From: an uncultured archaeon
GTDB lineage: Archaea; Thermoproteota; Nitrososphaeria; Nitrososphaerales; Gagatemarchaeaceae
Assembly (NCBI GenBank): GCA_963799775.1
Contig: CAWCYD010000003.1
Location: 1,344,001-1,408,000 of the forward strand
Length of the DNA stretch: 64,000 nucleotides
Direction: 5' to 3'
The first letter of the stretch is position 1. Each line of letters begins with the position of its first letter. Both the position numbers and the translations under genes were made by a program. Positions 43,657-55,181 of this stretch are shown here, piece by piece. Under the pieces are notes generated by a model. That model searched no databases, had not been told where the DNA came from, and saw only the letters and a list, made by a program, of their open reading frames with translations.

Positions 43657-44071
43657 CACGTGACGTGTTGAGTGAAGGCTCGGCGGAGGCGCAATGAGAC
43701 CGCGGGATAACGGATTCCGCTACCTCAACTCGGAACGCTTCATGAGTCCAAACCTGGGTGACTACAACCCTCCGAAAAAAGTGTAGTCACCTTTTGAGAG
43801 CTGCAATGAACCGCCGGTACTCCTTCAGCATCAAATCGAGGGAAGGACGAAGGTTTCCGTTCGCCTGATATCCCTGAGCGCCTCATGATACTCTTTCCTG
43901 TTCTGCAGCTCGGCGTACAAAGGTGGCAATTCGCGCTTGATTAGGACGTTGATCTTCCAGCCTCGAAAGGAGGGCCATAATCCTCTCCAGGTCAGCTCTC
44001 CTGATCATTACGAACTCTCCTCTCTCGGCCTTGTGACGTTCCTCGACCATGCTTGTACTCTGGCTCTGCCT

Positions 44072-44593
44072 ATTTAACGCGGGATAGAATCAAGCTTTCG
44101 TCACTATCTGGTGGGAATATGGGCGCTTTGTCCCTTGGCCTAAGGGTGGACATGGCAACGGCTGGCATCTCCAGCCTTGTCCAGCTAGGGTGGACATCGA
44201 AGCTCAGGGTGGACATCGACGACGTCACCCTCCGACTTTCGAGTGTCGCCCATTCCCGATATGTCACCGTCTTGCGCAAATCGATGTCACCCTTCGGCGC
44301 TCGGATGTCACCCATCCGGCCGCGATGTCACCTTTTGGCGTGGAATGTCAACCCTGGACGGAAAAGTGTCAAGCCTCCACGTTAGGATGTCAAGCCTTTG
44401 GCTTTCAGGGTTGACATCAATGACCTTCGCGACTCGGTTTCGGCAGCCCTGCTGTCCACATTCGTCCTCAGACCCCTCCAAAGGTCACACTTTCGACCGC
44501 TCTGTCCACGTTGGCGCCGTCCTGATCTCCTAAAGATGTCCACTTCCATCGGTTTAAAGGAAAACCCGACAGGAAGGTCTGCCCGCGTTAAAT
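44072..44593. repeat. Iteron-like array (ATGTCA[C/A]C, ~20-23 bp period) bracketed by inverted CCCGCGTTAAAT
   Basis: Copies near 44261, 44284, 44305, 44325, 44345, 44366, 44387; inverted GTGGACAT at 44146, 44190, 44209. Confidence 0.75.
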
Positions 44594-44784
44594 ACTCCCG
44601 CCTACTTCTCCACTGCTAATTCATTAGCAAACCAACACCCCCCTAAAACAAAAAACAGAGGCCCGCTCCAGTAGGAACGTGCCGTCAAAGAGGCCTTGAG
44701 CGGTGGCTATGAACGAAGCGTAAGCATTCATTCTTGTCGGGACTCTGCGTCCGCGCGTTATATTGACAATGATTCTCAGTCCTC

Positions 44785-45387
44785 GTGACCGAGATTAGAG
44801 GCCTCAGCACGAGGCTCTGCGGCAACTGCGGGTCAGCGACCCCCCAGAGGACGCTTTACTTGAAGACCGAGACGGGCGGACGATCGAGATGGTCCCAGGT
44901 GTTCTGGGCCTGTACCGATTGCGATTCGCTGAATCGCGTCGTCCTCCCTCTCTACAGACTGGTCTCTCTTCCATCCGAACTGCCGTCACGGCTGGTCCAG
45001 CTGGTACTCGAGGCTCTGAAAGCCGGCCCGCGGGATGGGGACGAACTCTTGTCAGATCTCAGGCGGAGACGGCCCCATCGAACCCGGCACGTCCCCGACT
45101 TGGACGTCGGGATGGCCGTCGTCTACCTCAGGTCAAGAGGGGTCTTGGCTGAGGAGGCGGTCGACCGGACTGCGTCGGTAATAGATAGCCTGAGGGCGAG
45201 ACCCTGGAAGTCGAAGCACCTAGGCCCCTGTCCTTCCGAACTGCAGCAGGGTGTCGTAATGAAGAGCCTTGTCTCGGTGTACGCCCAAAGACAAGTGTCA
45301 GGGACTCATCTCAGGCGGCTAGGCTCTGTCGGCGTCCTCTGCCTTTCGTGCCTTCACTGCAGTGTCGACCACGAATCCATGAGGTAG
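44785..45387 (+). CDS. Zn-finger plus wHTH hypothetical protein
   Basis: CGNC, CTDC, CLSC motifs around a helix-turn-helix-like segment. Confidence 0.55.
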   Translation: MTEIRGLSTRLCGNCGSATPQRTLYLKTETGGRSRWSQVFWACTDCDSLNRVVLPLYRLVSLPSELPSRLVQLVLEALKAGPRDGDELLSDLRRRRPHRTRHVPDLDVGMAVVYLRSRGVLAEEAVDRTASVIDSLRARPWKSKHLGPCPSELQQGVVMKSLVSVYAQRQVSGTHLRRLGSVGVLCLSCLHCSVDHESMR

Positions 45388-45811
45388 GAAGCGAATGGCC
45401 AATCGGTAGAGAGTTGCGGCTTAGTTAGTAGCCTGCCCCTTGGGGGTTTTTTGAAAGTCTTCGACCTCTATACGGATGGCTTCCCATCCCCCGCTCGCTG
45501 TGGTGTTCGGAGGAAAATTGCGAGGATCGACCGCTTCTTAATACCGTGATCCCCGATGCCAGGTAGATCAGGAACCCGGGAGGACTAACGGTGTTCACCA
45601 TCGTGCTCCGTTCAGCCTAGTCGGACACTTTCAGGGGCTCTCCAGCCCACGGCTCCGAACTCTAGCTTTGACAGGTTCGAGGGTCGAGCAGATCTCCATT
45701 TCCGATTGTGCTCGAGAGTCGGACATCTGCTGTTTCGATGGTCGAACGTTGCCCTTCTGGTTAGCTATCAGATTTCATTGGCCGTTATAAGGCGTACATG
45801 ATTAGGAGTAC

Positions 45812-46741
45812 ATGGGCATAGCTGCGGAAAGCACGAAGCCTGATCAGGACATAGTCGCCAGCTCCTCATTCATGGCACAAGGCATCCCCACGCCCAAGCG
45901 CGCCAGGGTCGATTGGAACCCCATCATGAGATGGCTCCTCGAGGAGATCAATGCCCTAGACTACTCCCCCAGCACACGCTGGTGCTTCTACAGGGTGATG
46001 GACAAGTACAGGCTGCCAAAGTCGGCCTGGGGCACCTTCAAGCAGACCCAGAGCACCTGGAGGAAAGGGTTCCGGGAGGGCTGGGCCCCCAACACCCTGT
46101 CCGACTCGGTCAGGCAGGTGAACTACGCCGGGTACGGCGTCGCTTCGAAGAGGGAGTTCTATCTCCAGATGCTGGAAAAACCGCCGGCGGTAGGGATCTG
46201 GGACGACCTGCCGTTCTATCCGGAGGTCTGGTTCGAGGCGGAAGCCATGAACGGCCAGTTCGAGCACTATGTGAGAGGGCCGTGGAGGATCACGACTCGA
46301 CCCTTCAGGGGAGACTACTCGATAGAGAAGAAGTTTCAGGTCGCGAACGACCTTTTAGCCATGGCTAAGAGCGGCAAGTCGATCACCATCCTGTACTTCG
46401 GGGATTGCGACGCGAAGGGAAAGGCCATACCCTACAGCGCCCTCAAGGACGTCAAGCAATGGATGGACGAATCTCAAGATGTCCTCCAGTTCCACGTCGC
46501 AGGGCTGACCCTGGAGCAGGCGCATCGCTGCGGTCTTCCTGAGAACTTCGAGAGGCCGGGAGAGTGGCAGTGGGAAGCGCTCTCAGACGAGCAAGCGAGG
46601 GACATCATCCAAGCAGCTCTAGGACTCTACCTGGACCTGGATGCCCTGGGAGGGGCCATCGAAGGGGCGAAGAGGTTACGTTCAGAGTGGGTCAAGATGG
46701 CAGAGAGGCTCCTGTTGCCGCCGACAAATCGAGAAGAATAG
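45812..46741 (+). CDS. Toprim-domain protein (Topo VI-A/JetD-like fold)
   Basis: EVWFEAEAM, RGDYS, ILYFGDCDAKG, WEAL. Confidence 0.75.
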   Translation: MGIAAESTKPDQDIVASSSFMAQGIPTPKRARVDWNPIMRWLLEEINALDYSPSTRWCFYRVMDKYRLPKSAWGTFKQTQSTWRKGFREGWAPNTLSDSVRQVNYAGYGVASKREFYLQMLEKPPAVGIWDDLPFYPEVWFEAEAMNGQFEHYVRGPWRITTRPFRGDYSIEKKFQVANDLLAMAKSGKSITILYFGDCDAKGKAIPYSALKDVKQWMDESQDVLQFHVAGLTLEQAHRCGLPENFERPGEWQWEALSDEQARDIIQAALGLYLDLDALGGAIEGAKRLRSEWVKMAERLLLPPTNREE

Positions 46742-46973
46742 CAATAGCCAGGGTGGGGCTAACTGTCAGGCTTCTACCGACAGACATCAAAACGACTGGC
46801 CTCAAAAGCTACGCACAGATTTCCATTCGAATCATCGGCTCCCGACGCCTGTTAACTGGGTGGATATCCGTAACGGCGTTCACTTTGAACTGGTGTCCAG
46901 CACGCGAAGGAACGCAGCATGGATCTCGAGATAATAAGTCAAAGCAGAGCGTATCGACTGTGATCCGGCGAAC

Positions 46974-47120
46974 GTTGCCACCCCATGTTGCAACGCCCTT
47001 GCCATTTGCAAGAGTTGAGGTTGCCAAATAAGGCCCAAGGTTGCCAAATCGGCCTCTCAGGGGTTGCCAATGACAAGAAGCTGTCTTGGAAAATGGCAAC
47101 CTCACTGACCCGCGTTAAAT
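46974..47120. repeat. Second iteron-like array (GGTTGCCA) ending in CCCGCGTTAAAT
   Basis: GTTGCCA at 46974, 47020, 47040, 47063; inverted at 47094; motif at 47109. Confidence 0.65.
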
Positions 47121-48185
47121 GCTGAACGAGTCTTCACACCTGTATTCCATCTTTTTCTCTCTGAATACCGACAAACCCGATACCTCAGGCCTAGCGTAGG
47201 CCTCGTACCTTTCAGTGTCTCCGGGAGAGAACGGGATGATCCTCGCCGGGGTTTACGGCAGGCATGCGGAAGGCTCCGGCTGGACCCTTACCTCAGGATA
47301 GGACGAAGAAGGTCTTTGACCTGATACATCCCGACTGCCCCCGACAATCCTTATCAGGACGCGGCAACTTCGGCAGCTCAAGGGCATGGAACCTAAGGCG
47401 CGAAAGGAAGGGGAGAAGGCGCCCACAAGGGCAGAGGCCGAGAGGCTCGTCTCCAAGCTGAGAGACCAGATAGGGGACGCGTTCAAGAACCACAGGGACG
47501 GGGACGCGGAAAAATACCTATTCACAGAGATTGTCCCCATGAAGAAGGGAGCAAGGCGGAAAAGGGGCGGTGGCAGTTCCCGTGCAGCTACAAATCATTA
47601 ACGCTGTCGAGGGGAGGCTCGAGGACCAGTCGAGGCTCCAGTGACTCATCATCCCCGGAAGCAGGGTTCTACTAATTACTCCTGGCGTGCTCACCCGTGC
47701 CACCCAGTTCTTCATGACGGCGGCGACATGGCGAGCCTCCTACTTCGACACTATGATTGCGGCGGCGGGCCTGGAGGTCGGCGCGAACTCAGCGGTCACT
47801 ACGGATTGGAAGTTGTCCAAGCTCGGAATCAGGCCCGTCGTCTGACGATTCTGGAGCTCCGTTGCGGATATGATTCGTATCCGCCTCTCTCTTTTTTTTG
47901 GACCATTTCATTGTCTGCTCACCCTCCCACCTTGTGTGTTCTTGGACCGTTTCTGGGTCTAAACAGCCATCTTCGGCCGGCGCAAAAGCGCTCCGGCCGT
48001 CTTTTTACGGGTGGCGTGTGACATAAGTGCCTGGACGAGCACAAGCCAAGCTTGGCCTCCCCGTTCCACTTGGGGGAAGGCGGCCGAATGAAGGCTACCG
48101 ATTTTTCCGTTCAGGTCGAGTCGTTCTTAGACCTGATTGCGTTCAAATCCAGATTCGGTTAGCGAAAATTGCTGAACGTTCGAGA

Positions 48186-48219
48186 CGGAAGGGATGCAAT
48201 TAATTATTTAAGAGAATCC
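48186..48219. repeat. att-like site A
   Basis: CGGAAGGGATGCAATTAATTATTTAAGAGAATCC. Confidence 0.85.
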
Positions 48220-48222
48220 GCT

Positions 48223-49077
48223 CTACGAGCGCACATTGAAGTGTAATATCACAGCTTGTCCCCATTCGTCGGCAACGGCGATTGTGTAAACGCCGGCGAC
48301 AAAGGCAGTCACAGTAGGTGTAAGCTCGCTCTGTTGTCGGCCATAATCGATGAACGGAGGTTGTTGAATGGAGGTATTCGTTAGCGGGTTAAATCCTCCA
48401 ACACGAAGGGAATTGTTCAGAAGATCCCAGTATCCCCCAGTGGAGAAACTGTTGGCAATTTCGTACGAACCCAAGGACGTACCATTTGTAACACCAGACA
48501 TAAGACTAGCTTGTGAGCTATTTTGACCGAAGCTCAGTTGATTTACGTCCTGGACTTCATGGCAATTGACGCGCGGAATGTAGATATCGGCAGCATTCGT
48601 AATGTTACCCATAACGAAGTTTCCCTTCAACACGACAACCTCGGCAGCAGTCGTAAAGTTCTCAGGCGCATAGGGATGCGTGCTAACGTATGAAGGGTTT
48701 GAGACGTATGCATTGGTGTAGAAACAGTCCGGCCACATGGCGAGCGGAATCCCTTGGAAAAGCCAGTTATCCGATGTTGAAATTGTGTTGAGCTGAAGGT
48801 GAGTGTTGAAGAGGGACACATTGGCCTCCAGAAATTGTCCCTCAACCAGTTCTGTTGCATTGATGGACAAAGACAACTGAATTCCCTCTGAATTGATCGT
48901 AGATGATGTCGCGCTTGAATGAATTCCTGAGGAAGGCTGCGACATGCTCGTTGAGTCTACCAACCTGTTTGGTGCTGGGAGTTTGTTGAGCTCAACCGCA
49001 GTAACGCCTACGACTATAATGGCAATAATGACCCCTGCTAATATCGAGTGGAAACGTTTTGGCATCATCGAGAGCAC
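48223..49077 (-). CDS. DEWG-family membrane-anchored protein
   Basis: TM, S/T linker, LSLSINAT..GQ, FVAGVYTIAVADEWGQAVILHF. Confidence 0.85.
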   Translation of the reverse strand: MLSMMPKRFHSILAGVIIAIIVVGVTAVELNKLPAPNRLVDSTSMSQPSSGIHSSATSSTINSEGIQLSLSINATELVEGQFLEANVSLFNTHLQLNTISTSDNWLFQGIPLAMWPDCFYTNAYVSNPSYVSTHPYAPENFTTAAEVVVLKGNFVMGNITNAADIYIPRVNCHEVQDVNQLSFGQNSSQASLMSGVTNGTSLGSYEIANSFSTGGYWDLLNNSLRVGGFNPLTNTSIQQPPFIDYGRQQSELTPTVTAFVAGVYTIAVADEWGQAVILHFNVRS

Positions 49078-49199
49078 TTCAAAGGGGGTCGCTCACTGTT
49101 ATCGTTAGTCTCTTGAATATGCTTGACTCCCAATTCCACATTGCGAGTTGATGAGTCAAGTCCTTTCTGCACCTCAGACTCTGGCACTCATGCTCTTTG

Positions 49200-50363
49200 T
49201 TATTCTCCCTGTGAGGTCTCGTACAGTTCGGTGAAATCACCGCCGGACGGGACACTGGGGCATACGTTCCAATAGTAGGTACTGCCTTGGCACGAGTAAG
49301 TAGATGTCGATTGGTTCATGACATCGATATAGGCATAGCCACTTCCGATGCTGTACTCATTATCAGAAGTGTCCTCGTAAAGTCCACTGAATACAGATAG
49401 CTCGCTGAATTGGGGCAGGCCGTAGTAATAGCCGCCACTTGCGTATGAGGGGCGCTCTCCCATGAAATCCGAATAGTGAGCAACTCCCAATCCATAGCTG
49501 CTCGACGAATCGCCTCCGCACGTTTGTTGAGAGGCGTAGTCGTAAATTGAGGCTTCATACTCATTGTCACCAATAGGGTTGACTTGGGCGGAGACATGGT
49601 CGCCTTCGGAAACGTCGTAACAGAGAGTTGGAGTGCCAGGATAGAATTCATACCACATTTGATAGTAGCCATAGGTGTAATCTGAGCACTCATCTTGGCA
49701 ATAGGAATCGGTGCCAGCCTGAGCTATGTATCCGGCATGATACGCTGCAGCGTCAGTCTCGCCGACCCAGAAGCTGAACTCACACTCATAATCGTAGTCA
49801 GGACTATCGCACAGGTTATAACCCGGACTTCCGCCCGAATATCCGGGCCCTTCGATTTCGGGGACATACCAATCTGCTGAATTGAAGGAAAATCCATGCG
49901 CCTCGAAGTATTCGTACCCGACGTAATTTTCGCTGTTTTCTGTCGTATGCATTGAGCCGTGATAAATAAAGGTGTTAAGAACGGTAGTTGCTGCTGGGTT
50001 CTCAATCATTTCAAGGGTATATTCTGATCCATTCTCGGCCCTGAGTGTATAAGCGACCCCTACATTCTGCAACGACACGACGCAGTTCGAATCCCAATGA
50101 CCGAGGAAAAAGATACTATTGAATGAGATGCTATAAATTGCCGCTGCATAAGATGCAACAACAGGGGATGCAGTGGTATTTGCGAGCTTCTGGTCGATTG
50201 ACGCTAGAACCTCTTGATTGCCCTGACTTAGGGCAGCGGTAGTGCAATTGGATGCCGAAGACGGCGTAGCGTTCAGTGATGGGATTCTTGAGACCATCAA
50301 AAGACCGAGAACTACAAGAATGAGAGCCGCACCGAAATTAGTCTTAGCCGCCTGCCTGAACAA
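49200..50363 (-). CDS. Secreted G1 (eqolisin-like) glutamic peptidase with prodomain
   Basis: NYVGY, WYVP, SFWVG, IAQAGT (Q), WYEFYP, GD.V, FMGERP (E), LPQF. Confidence 0.8.
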   Translation of the reverse strand: MFRQAAKTNFGAALILVVLGLLMVSRIPSLNATPSSASNCTTAALSQGNQEVLASIDQKLANTTASPVVASYAAAIYSISFNSIFFLGHWDSNCVVSLQNVGVAYTLRAENGSEYTLEMIENPAATTVLNTFIYHGSMHTTENSENYVGYEYFEAHGFSFNSADWYVPEIEGPGYSGGSPGYNLCDSPDYDYECEFSFWVGETDAAAYHAGYIAQAGTDSYCQDECSDYTYGYYQMWYEFYPGTPTLCYDVSEGDHVSAQVNPIGDNEYEASIYDYASQQTCGGDSSSSYGLGVAHYSDFMGERPSYASGGYYYGLPQFSELSVFSGLYEDTSDNEYSIGSGYAYIDVMNQSTSTYSCQGSTYYWNVCPSVPSGGDFTELYETSQGE

Positions 50364-50714
50364 TTCTCTTCGGCGTTCTCACGATTAGAGATCTATAAAT
50401 TCGCAATGAAGCCGCGTTACGTAGGTATCGTCTAGCCAACCAGTAGAAATAGAAGATGCATCTTCCCGCTGCGCACGTCTGAAAGCTGGCCCATGCCTGA
50501 TTTAGCCGGTTGACTTGGGCTCTGCTTTGAGATTCGTCGTCATCTTCAGTAACCTCTATTTCGTTTTGCGCAATATCTCCACATCCCGCAGGCCGGACTG
50601 CACTGTAGCTGGAATTGTTCCCCCCTTGTGAGTCTGCTTCAGCTTGTGAAGCCTTGCAGATCGAGCCTCGCCCTAGAGGCCTCCCTCGTCCGCAGTTCCT
50701 ATGATAGCAGTAGG

Positions 50715-50746
50715 GGGCCGGAAGGGATGCAATTAATTATTTGAGA
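50715..50746. repeat. att-like site B
   Basis: GGGCCGGAAGGGATGCAATTAATTATTTGAGA. Confidence 0.85.
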
Positions 50747-51039
50747 CTTGAGCATAATTCTCGCCTGACATCATAGCCAATTCTGGTTGAGATGGCTTGC
50801 TAAGGGTCTCCTATCTCATGAGATTCATTGGTCAATGGCTCCCAAGAGTAGGACACTTCCTAGGAGGATGTTGCTCTCCGAGTCCTTCCTTATTGGGATT
50901 CTACGTCTAATCGAATTGATTCCTTGGCCAACAATACCCGCCAAGAAGAAGAGAGGCAGACGTATGTCTACCCGCATATCGTCATGCTCAGGTGCTTTAT
51001 AGTCAGGATCTGGATGAGGATTCCGAGCGACAATGCGCT

Positions 51040-51493
51040 CCATTCGTTCATGGTTCCACTATCGGCGGATTTCATTACGGCGAACGTTGCTGACAGCAAG
51101 ACATACGGCAGGTCACCGCGTCACTTCGCGGCGTCAGGTACGTCGATGGGGACGAAAGGTACGACGTAGACGAACTCTACGAGCTCTCGAGGCATAGAGG
51201 ATTCGACCTGCCCCATAGCGAGGTATGAGAACACGCATCCACACAGGGTCGAGCTCGTGTTCTTCTACGAGTCAGAGCTCGGACAGCTTGTCTATCCGTG
51301 GAGGACCAAATCCGTCGAGCCATGGATAGAGCAGATCAAGGACGTCTTTGGCATCGACCCGCTCCCCGTGAGAAGATTCGACAAAACGAAGACATTCGTC
51401 CTCTTGTCGGTTCTGCTGTACCAGCACATGGTCTGCCACAATCATATCAGAGGGAGACCATTGAGAGCTCTCAAGCACATGCTTGGAAGCTGA
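51040..51493 (+). pseudogene. DDE transposase remnant (IS4/IS5-like)
   Basis: Y..R..SVEPWIEQIKDVF (YREK-like) C-terminus; upstream fragmented. Confidence 0.6.
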
Positions 51494-51752
51494 ACCATCC
51501 TAATTGGATAAATTATGCCCACGTCTCAATAAGATGATCCCAATGAAAAGCTAGGTTAACATCCGTTGTAGGCCCGCTAACTGCGAGGGTTCAAACCCTT
51601 ATGCTCGAATGCGATGAAAGGTCAATCAAAGGTAGCCTGGTCTGGATCTGCGCACGGACCATGCACTTCGAGGGGGCGCACAACTGATTGGTAAGCTATT
51701 GCAGCAATCCGATTTTTTCTAGCTTAAATCCAACTTGAAACCGGCGTGGCTA

Positions 51753-52550
51753 TCAAGTGACTTGGAAATGCAGAATCACGGCTCGACCCCACTCGTCGCA
51801 TACTGCCACCGTGTATACTCCAGGAACGAAGGGAGTAGCAACAGGAGGTTCGATTGAAGGGGTATAACGCACGTATGCAATATATCCCATAATAGAGGAC
51901 GCATTCCAAGATCCGTCGGTGACATAGTAATTCGCCAGTCTGATTGGACCCAAAGTCTCGTTCGTTGGTGGCGGTGCAAGGCCATTCACGAGGCCCGTGA
52001 GGTTCGCAATAGAACTCGATGGTTGAAACACTACGTGATCTATCACCCCGTTGCCTTCCTCACAACTGAGCGTTGCGTGGAACGAGTTCGTTATGCTCGA
52101 AATATTGTCAAGGGTATAGTCTCCCTTGACCACGTCTGCGTAGACGGGCGCAGCAAAGATATTCTTCGAAGGGGTGGCCGTTCCAAAGCAATCTCCCCAT
52201 ACTGCGAATGAGACACCGCCGAATGGCCATTCCATTGCAGTGGGAATGGTATTTACAACAGGCAAAGTGTTGAATAGAGAGATGTTGAGTTCCAACGACT
52301 GCCCGACGGTCAACTGAGTGGCGTTAATCGAAAGGGTCAATTGAAGGCCACTTGGATTGGTCGCCGATTTTGTATCCTCCAACGCGCTCGAGAAATTCGT
52401 AGATGTAATTTGACTCGTTGAAGACTCTGATTTTGAAGATGACGGACTAGTTGCTGTTGGCGGAGAGTAGTCTCCCTTCAGTTTGACTACAAGTGATGTG
52501 ATGATGAGCACAACAAGTATTCCAACCGCAATTTCGCGCGAATACTTCAC
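51753..52550 (-). CDS. DEWG-family membrane-anchored protein
   Basis: GLQLTLSINATQLTVGQ, FVPGVYTVAVCDEWGRAVILHF. Confidence 0.85.
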   Translation of the reverse strand: MKYSREIAVGILVVLIITSLVVKLKGDYSPPTATSPSSSKSESSTSQITSTNFSSALEDTKSATNPSGLQLTLSINATQLTVGQSLELNISLFNTLPVVNTIPTAMEWPFGGVSFAVWGDCFGTATPSKNIFAAPVYADVVKGDYTLDNISSITNSFHATLSCEEGNGVIDHVVFQPSSSIANLTGLVNGLAPPPTNETLGPIRLANYYVTDGSWNASSIMGYIAYVRYTPSIEPPVATPFVPGVYTVAVCDEWGRAVILHFQVT

Positions 52551-52614
52551 CGTACTCCACCAACAAACCCTTTCGAGAAGCAGGGACTTGTATTGCTACT
52601 TCTTACTGAACGTT

Positions 52615-53819
52615 TCAATAGCCATAGTCGTTCTCGTACGTCAATGTGAAGTCGCCGCTTGAGTCCACGCTGCTCGGGCAGACGTTCATATAATACGGGC
52701 TGCCACTTCCTCCACTACAGGACACTGTTTGGCTCTGGTCCAAGTCGATGTAGTCGAAGTAGTTGGGGCTATTAGTGATTGTGTAACAGTATTCCTCCCA
52801 ACTACAATAGTAACCTCCCGTCACACTAATCTGGCTGAAATCTGGGATCCCATACGAAGTGGAGGCCTCGCTTGACCCTACTCCAGGGACACTCAGCCTC
52901 GAATTTGGCGTAGTATGCTTCACCCATGGCAAAATTGCTCGGCTCGTAGCCGGTGCAGCCCTGTAGTGTCGTAGCGTCATAGATGCTTGCTTCGTAGTAT
53001 TCGCTGTCATACGTACTTTCGGTAACGTAGGCTTCAATTGTGTTGCCTGAGCCAATGTAATCACAAAGGTTGTAGTATTGAGTAGGGTAGAGGTCTTCCC
53101 AGAACTGATACCACATGACGTAGTAGTGACTGGAGCATGACCCATAGCAGTAAGAATCCGTGCCCGTCTGATCAAGGTATGCCCCGGTTTGCTCCCCGTA
53201 CGTGCTTTCGCCAACCCACATTGAAACCAGGCATGTAGAGTTCTCATAGTTGCTGCAATCGGCACCACCGCTACTTACCGACGGCACATTCCAGTCGGCC
53301 CCGTCATAATACATGCCATAACCATACGAATCCTTGTACTCTACCCCCGACCACATGCTGTTTGGATAAGAGGAATGAGCGATTTGTGGGTAGACACTAG
53401 CCCCCAGAACCGTCGTAAGGCTTGGATTCAAGGTTACTTCAAGCACGTAGGTGCCCCTTTGTCGCCATGAGGTTGTAGTCAACGCTGACATTCTCAATGG
53501 AAATGCTGCATGAAGAGTCCCAGGTTGTCCGATAGAATATGCTGTCGAAAGAACTACTGCTGTAGTTTATTGCGTACGCGGCCAGAACTGGGGCGGCCAG
53601 CTGTTTGGCTACATCTTGATTGATGTTGACCGCTGCCTGTTGAGTACTCTCCGAGAGTACTTTGGCAGAACAGGTGGATGCAGAGGTGGACCCACCGCTT
53701 GTCGCAGTTGCCAATACGGGTTCAAATCTGGCCGCGATGAGAACTGCGAAAAGACAAAGAACCGTCGAAATTTCCAGCCAGGAGTTTCCACCGATTGTTC
53801 CGCTACGTGAGAAAATCAC
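52615..53819 (-). CDS. G1 glutamic peptidase (two frameshifts)
   Basis: WSGVEY, SMWVG, LDQTGT, FEAECP, IPDF across three ORFs. Confidence 0.75.
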
Positions 53820-53949
53820 TCTAGTCCCTCGGTTACAGGTAGCGCTCCTCCGACCTACGATTTTGACAATGCCTGGACCAGACGTTCATGATTGCGGTAA
53901 TGCTACGGATTGGTGTTCCATATATTCATTATGTAACATTCTTCTGGGT

Positions 53950-54350
53950 GTTTTATGTCACGACCTGTAGGACGCTCGTCCCATGGCGTCCTGTGAGTGT
54001 CTGGTAGTCGACTGATTGGTATCGTCTGATTTAGTTGTAGCATTGGATGAAGCCGTCCAGTGTGTTGTACCTCCATGGCTCTACGGAACATGTTACGAAG
54101 AACCTCTCGATCTTCCTGGTCGTCCTAGGCTTGCCTATACCCGACATGATGTGGCTGATTCCAGCTCGTTGAGCTTCCTGTCGAAAGATGACTCCCCTCT
54201 CGTCACCCAGTAAAACTGGGTCCCTGGTCTGTGAGTATCTTCGATGTTCCACACATCCTGATGCAATCGAGAAGGCAGTCGATGGTGTTCTCGGTGATCG
54301 CGTTCTCGTACATCAGAAGCCTTCGGGCCGACTTCCATAGACACCTCGAG
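53950..54350 (-). pseudogene. rve/IS481-like transposase remnant
   Basis: GISHI..GKPRTTRKIERFF..YN fragments. Confidence 0.6.
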
Positions 54351-54633
54351 AACAGGGTATATCTTGAAACACGCTGTGTTTATGATAAATAGCTGATTTC
54401 ATCGTGTCCTTTCCCTCCCGCCTTCTCGCGAGCCCATAGCAGCCCAACGGATATTCCCCCAGTCTAGGACTAGTCAATGTCTGTTCGGAGGGCGCGCAAT
54501 CGACGAATTTTTTCCCTAGATGACCCTACTCACTTGGGCGGCGTCCGCAACATCGCATCTACGGCGTGATCACGAGGTCAGTGCTGGGGCCCTAAAGTTC
54601 GCTATCTACTGAAATTGAGGCCTGCATCATTCT

Positions 54634-55097
54634 TCATTGGCTAGGAGGGGCGTCTGGGCTAATGATAGGCGAGGAGATCAGGAAAGCACCTACAACCCGC
54701 GTGGCATTCACGTCCTCCTCTACGCCAATGGGTTGATTGCCCACGTTGAACGCAAGATTGAGTTCTTGCTCCACGATCGTGCCATTCGAACGGCTCTTAT
54801 AGGCAATCTGATATCCATTGTAGCACACTGACCCTCCTGTGGCAAGGCTCTGGAACTGTGATGAACTTATTGCCAGCTGGATGCCTTTGGGATGACGCTG
54901 GTTGAAATTACGGCGATGAGATTGCCTGGACAGTTCGCGACGGTGGCAACTGGAAAGCTGGGTGCTGAAGAGTTGGCAGAAACTCTTGAAAGGCCAAGAA
55001 CCCTAAGCTTGCCAGAAGCAAGAACAGCATCAGCGTTACCATTGGCAGGAGTTTCGACCGCGGAAACATGGGAACCTTTTCAGAATCGCTTCTCATA
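54634..55097 (-). pseudogene. Fragmented membrane-anchored protein resembling the G1 prodomain
   Basis: TM segment, then YQIAY..ELNLAFNV..IGVEEDVNATRVV, weakly like prodomain ends. Confidence 0.35.
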
Positions 55098-55181
55098 AAT
55101 CCTTGGCTACAAAGTTCAACGAGGAAAAATTGCCGTAATCTACGTTTCCCCATACTCACCATACGGCCCGATCCTGTTGGA

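Larger units (their letters stand above)
40430..48100. mobile_element. Putative integrated plasmid-like element (boundaries approximate)
   Basis: Integrase, J-protein, ATPase, Toprim, iteron arrays; no att pair identified. Confidence 0.55.

Noticed and set aside
44072-44593. CRISPR array, or the short ORFs in the track
   Set aside because: Repeats are 6-10 bp with ~21-bp period; ORFs are short, overlapping and motif-free
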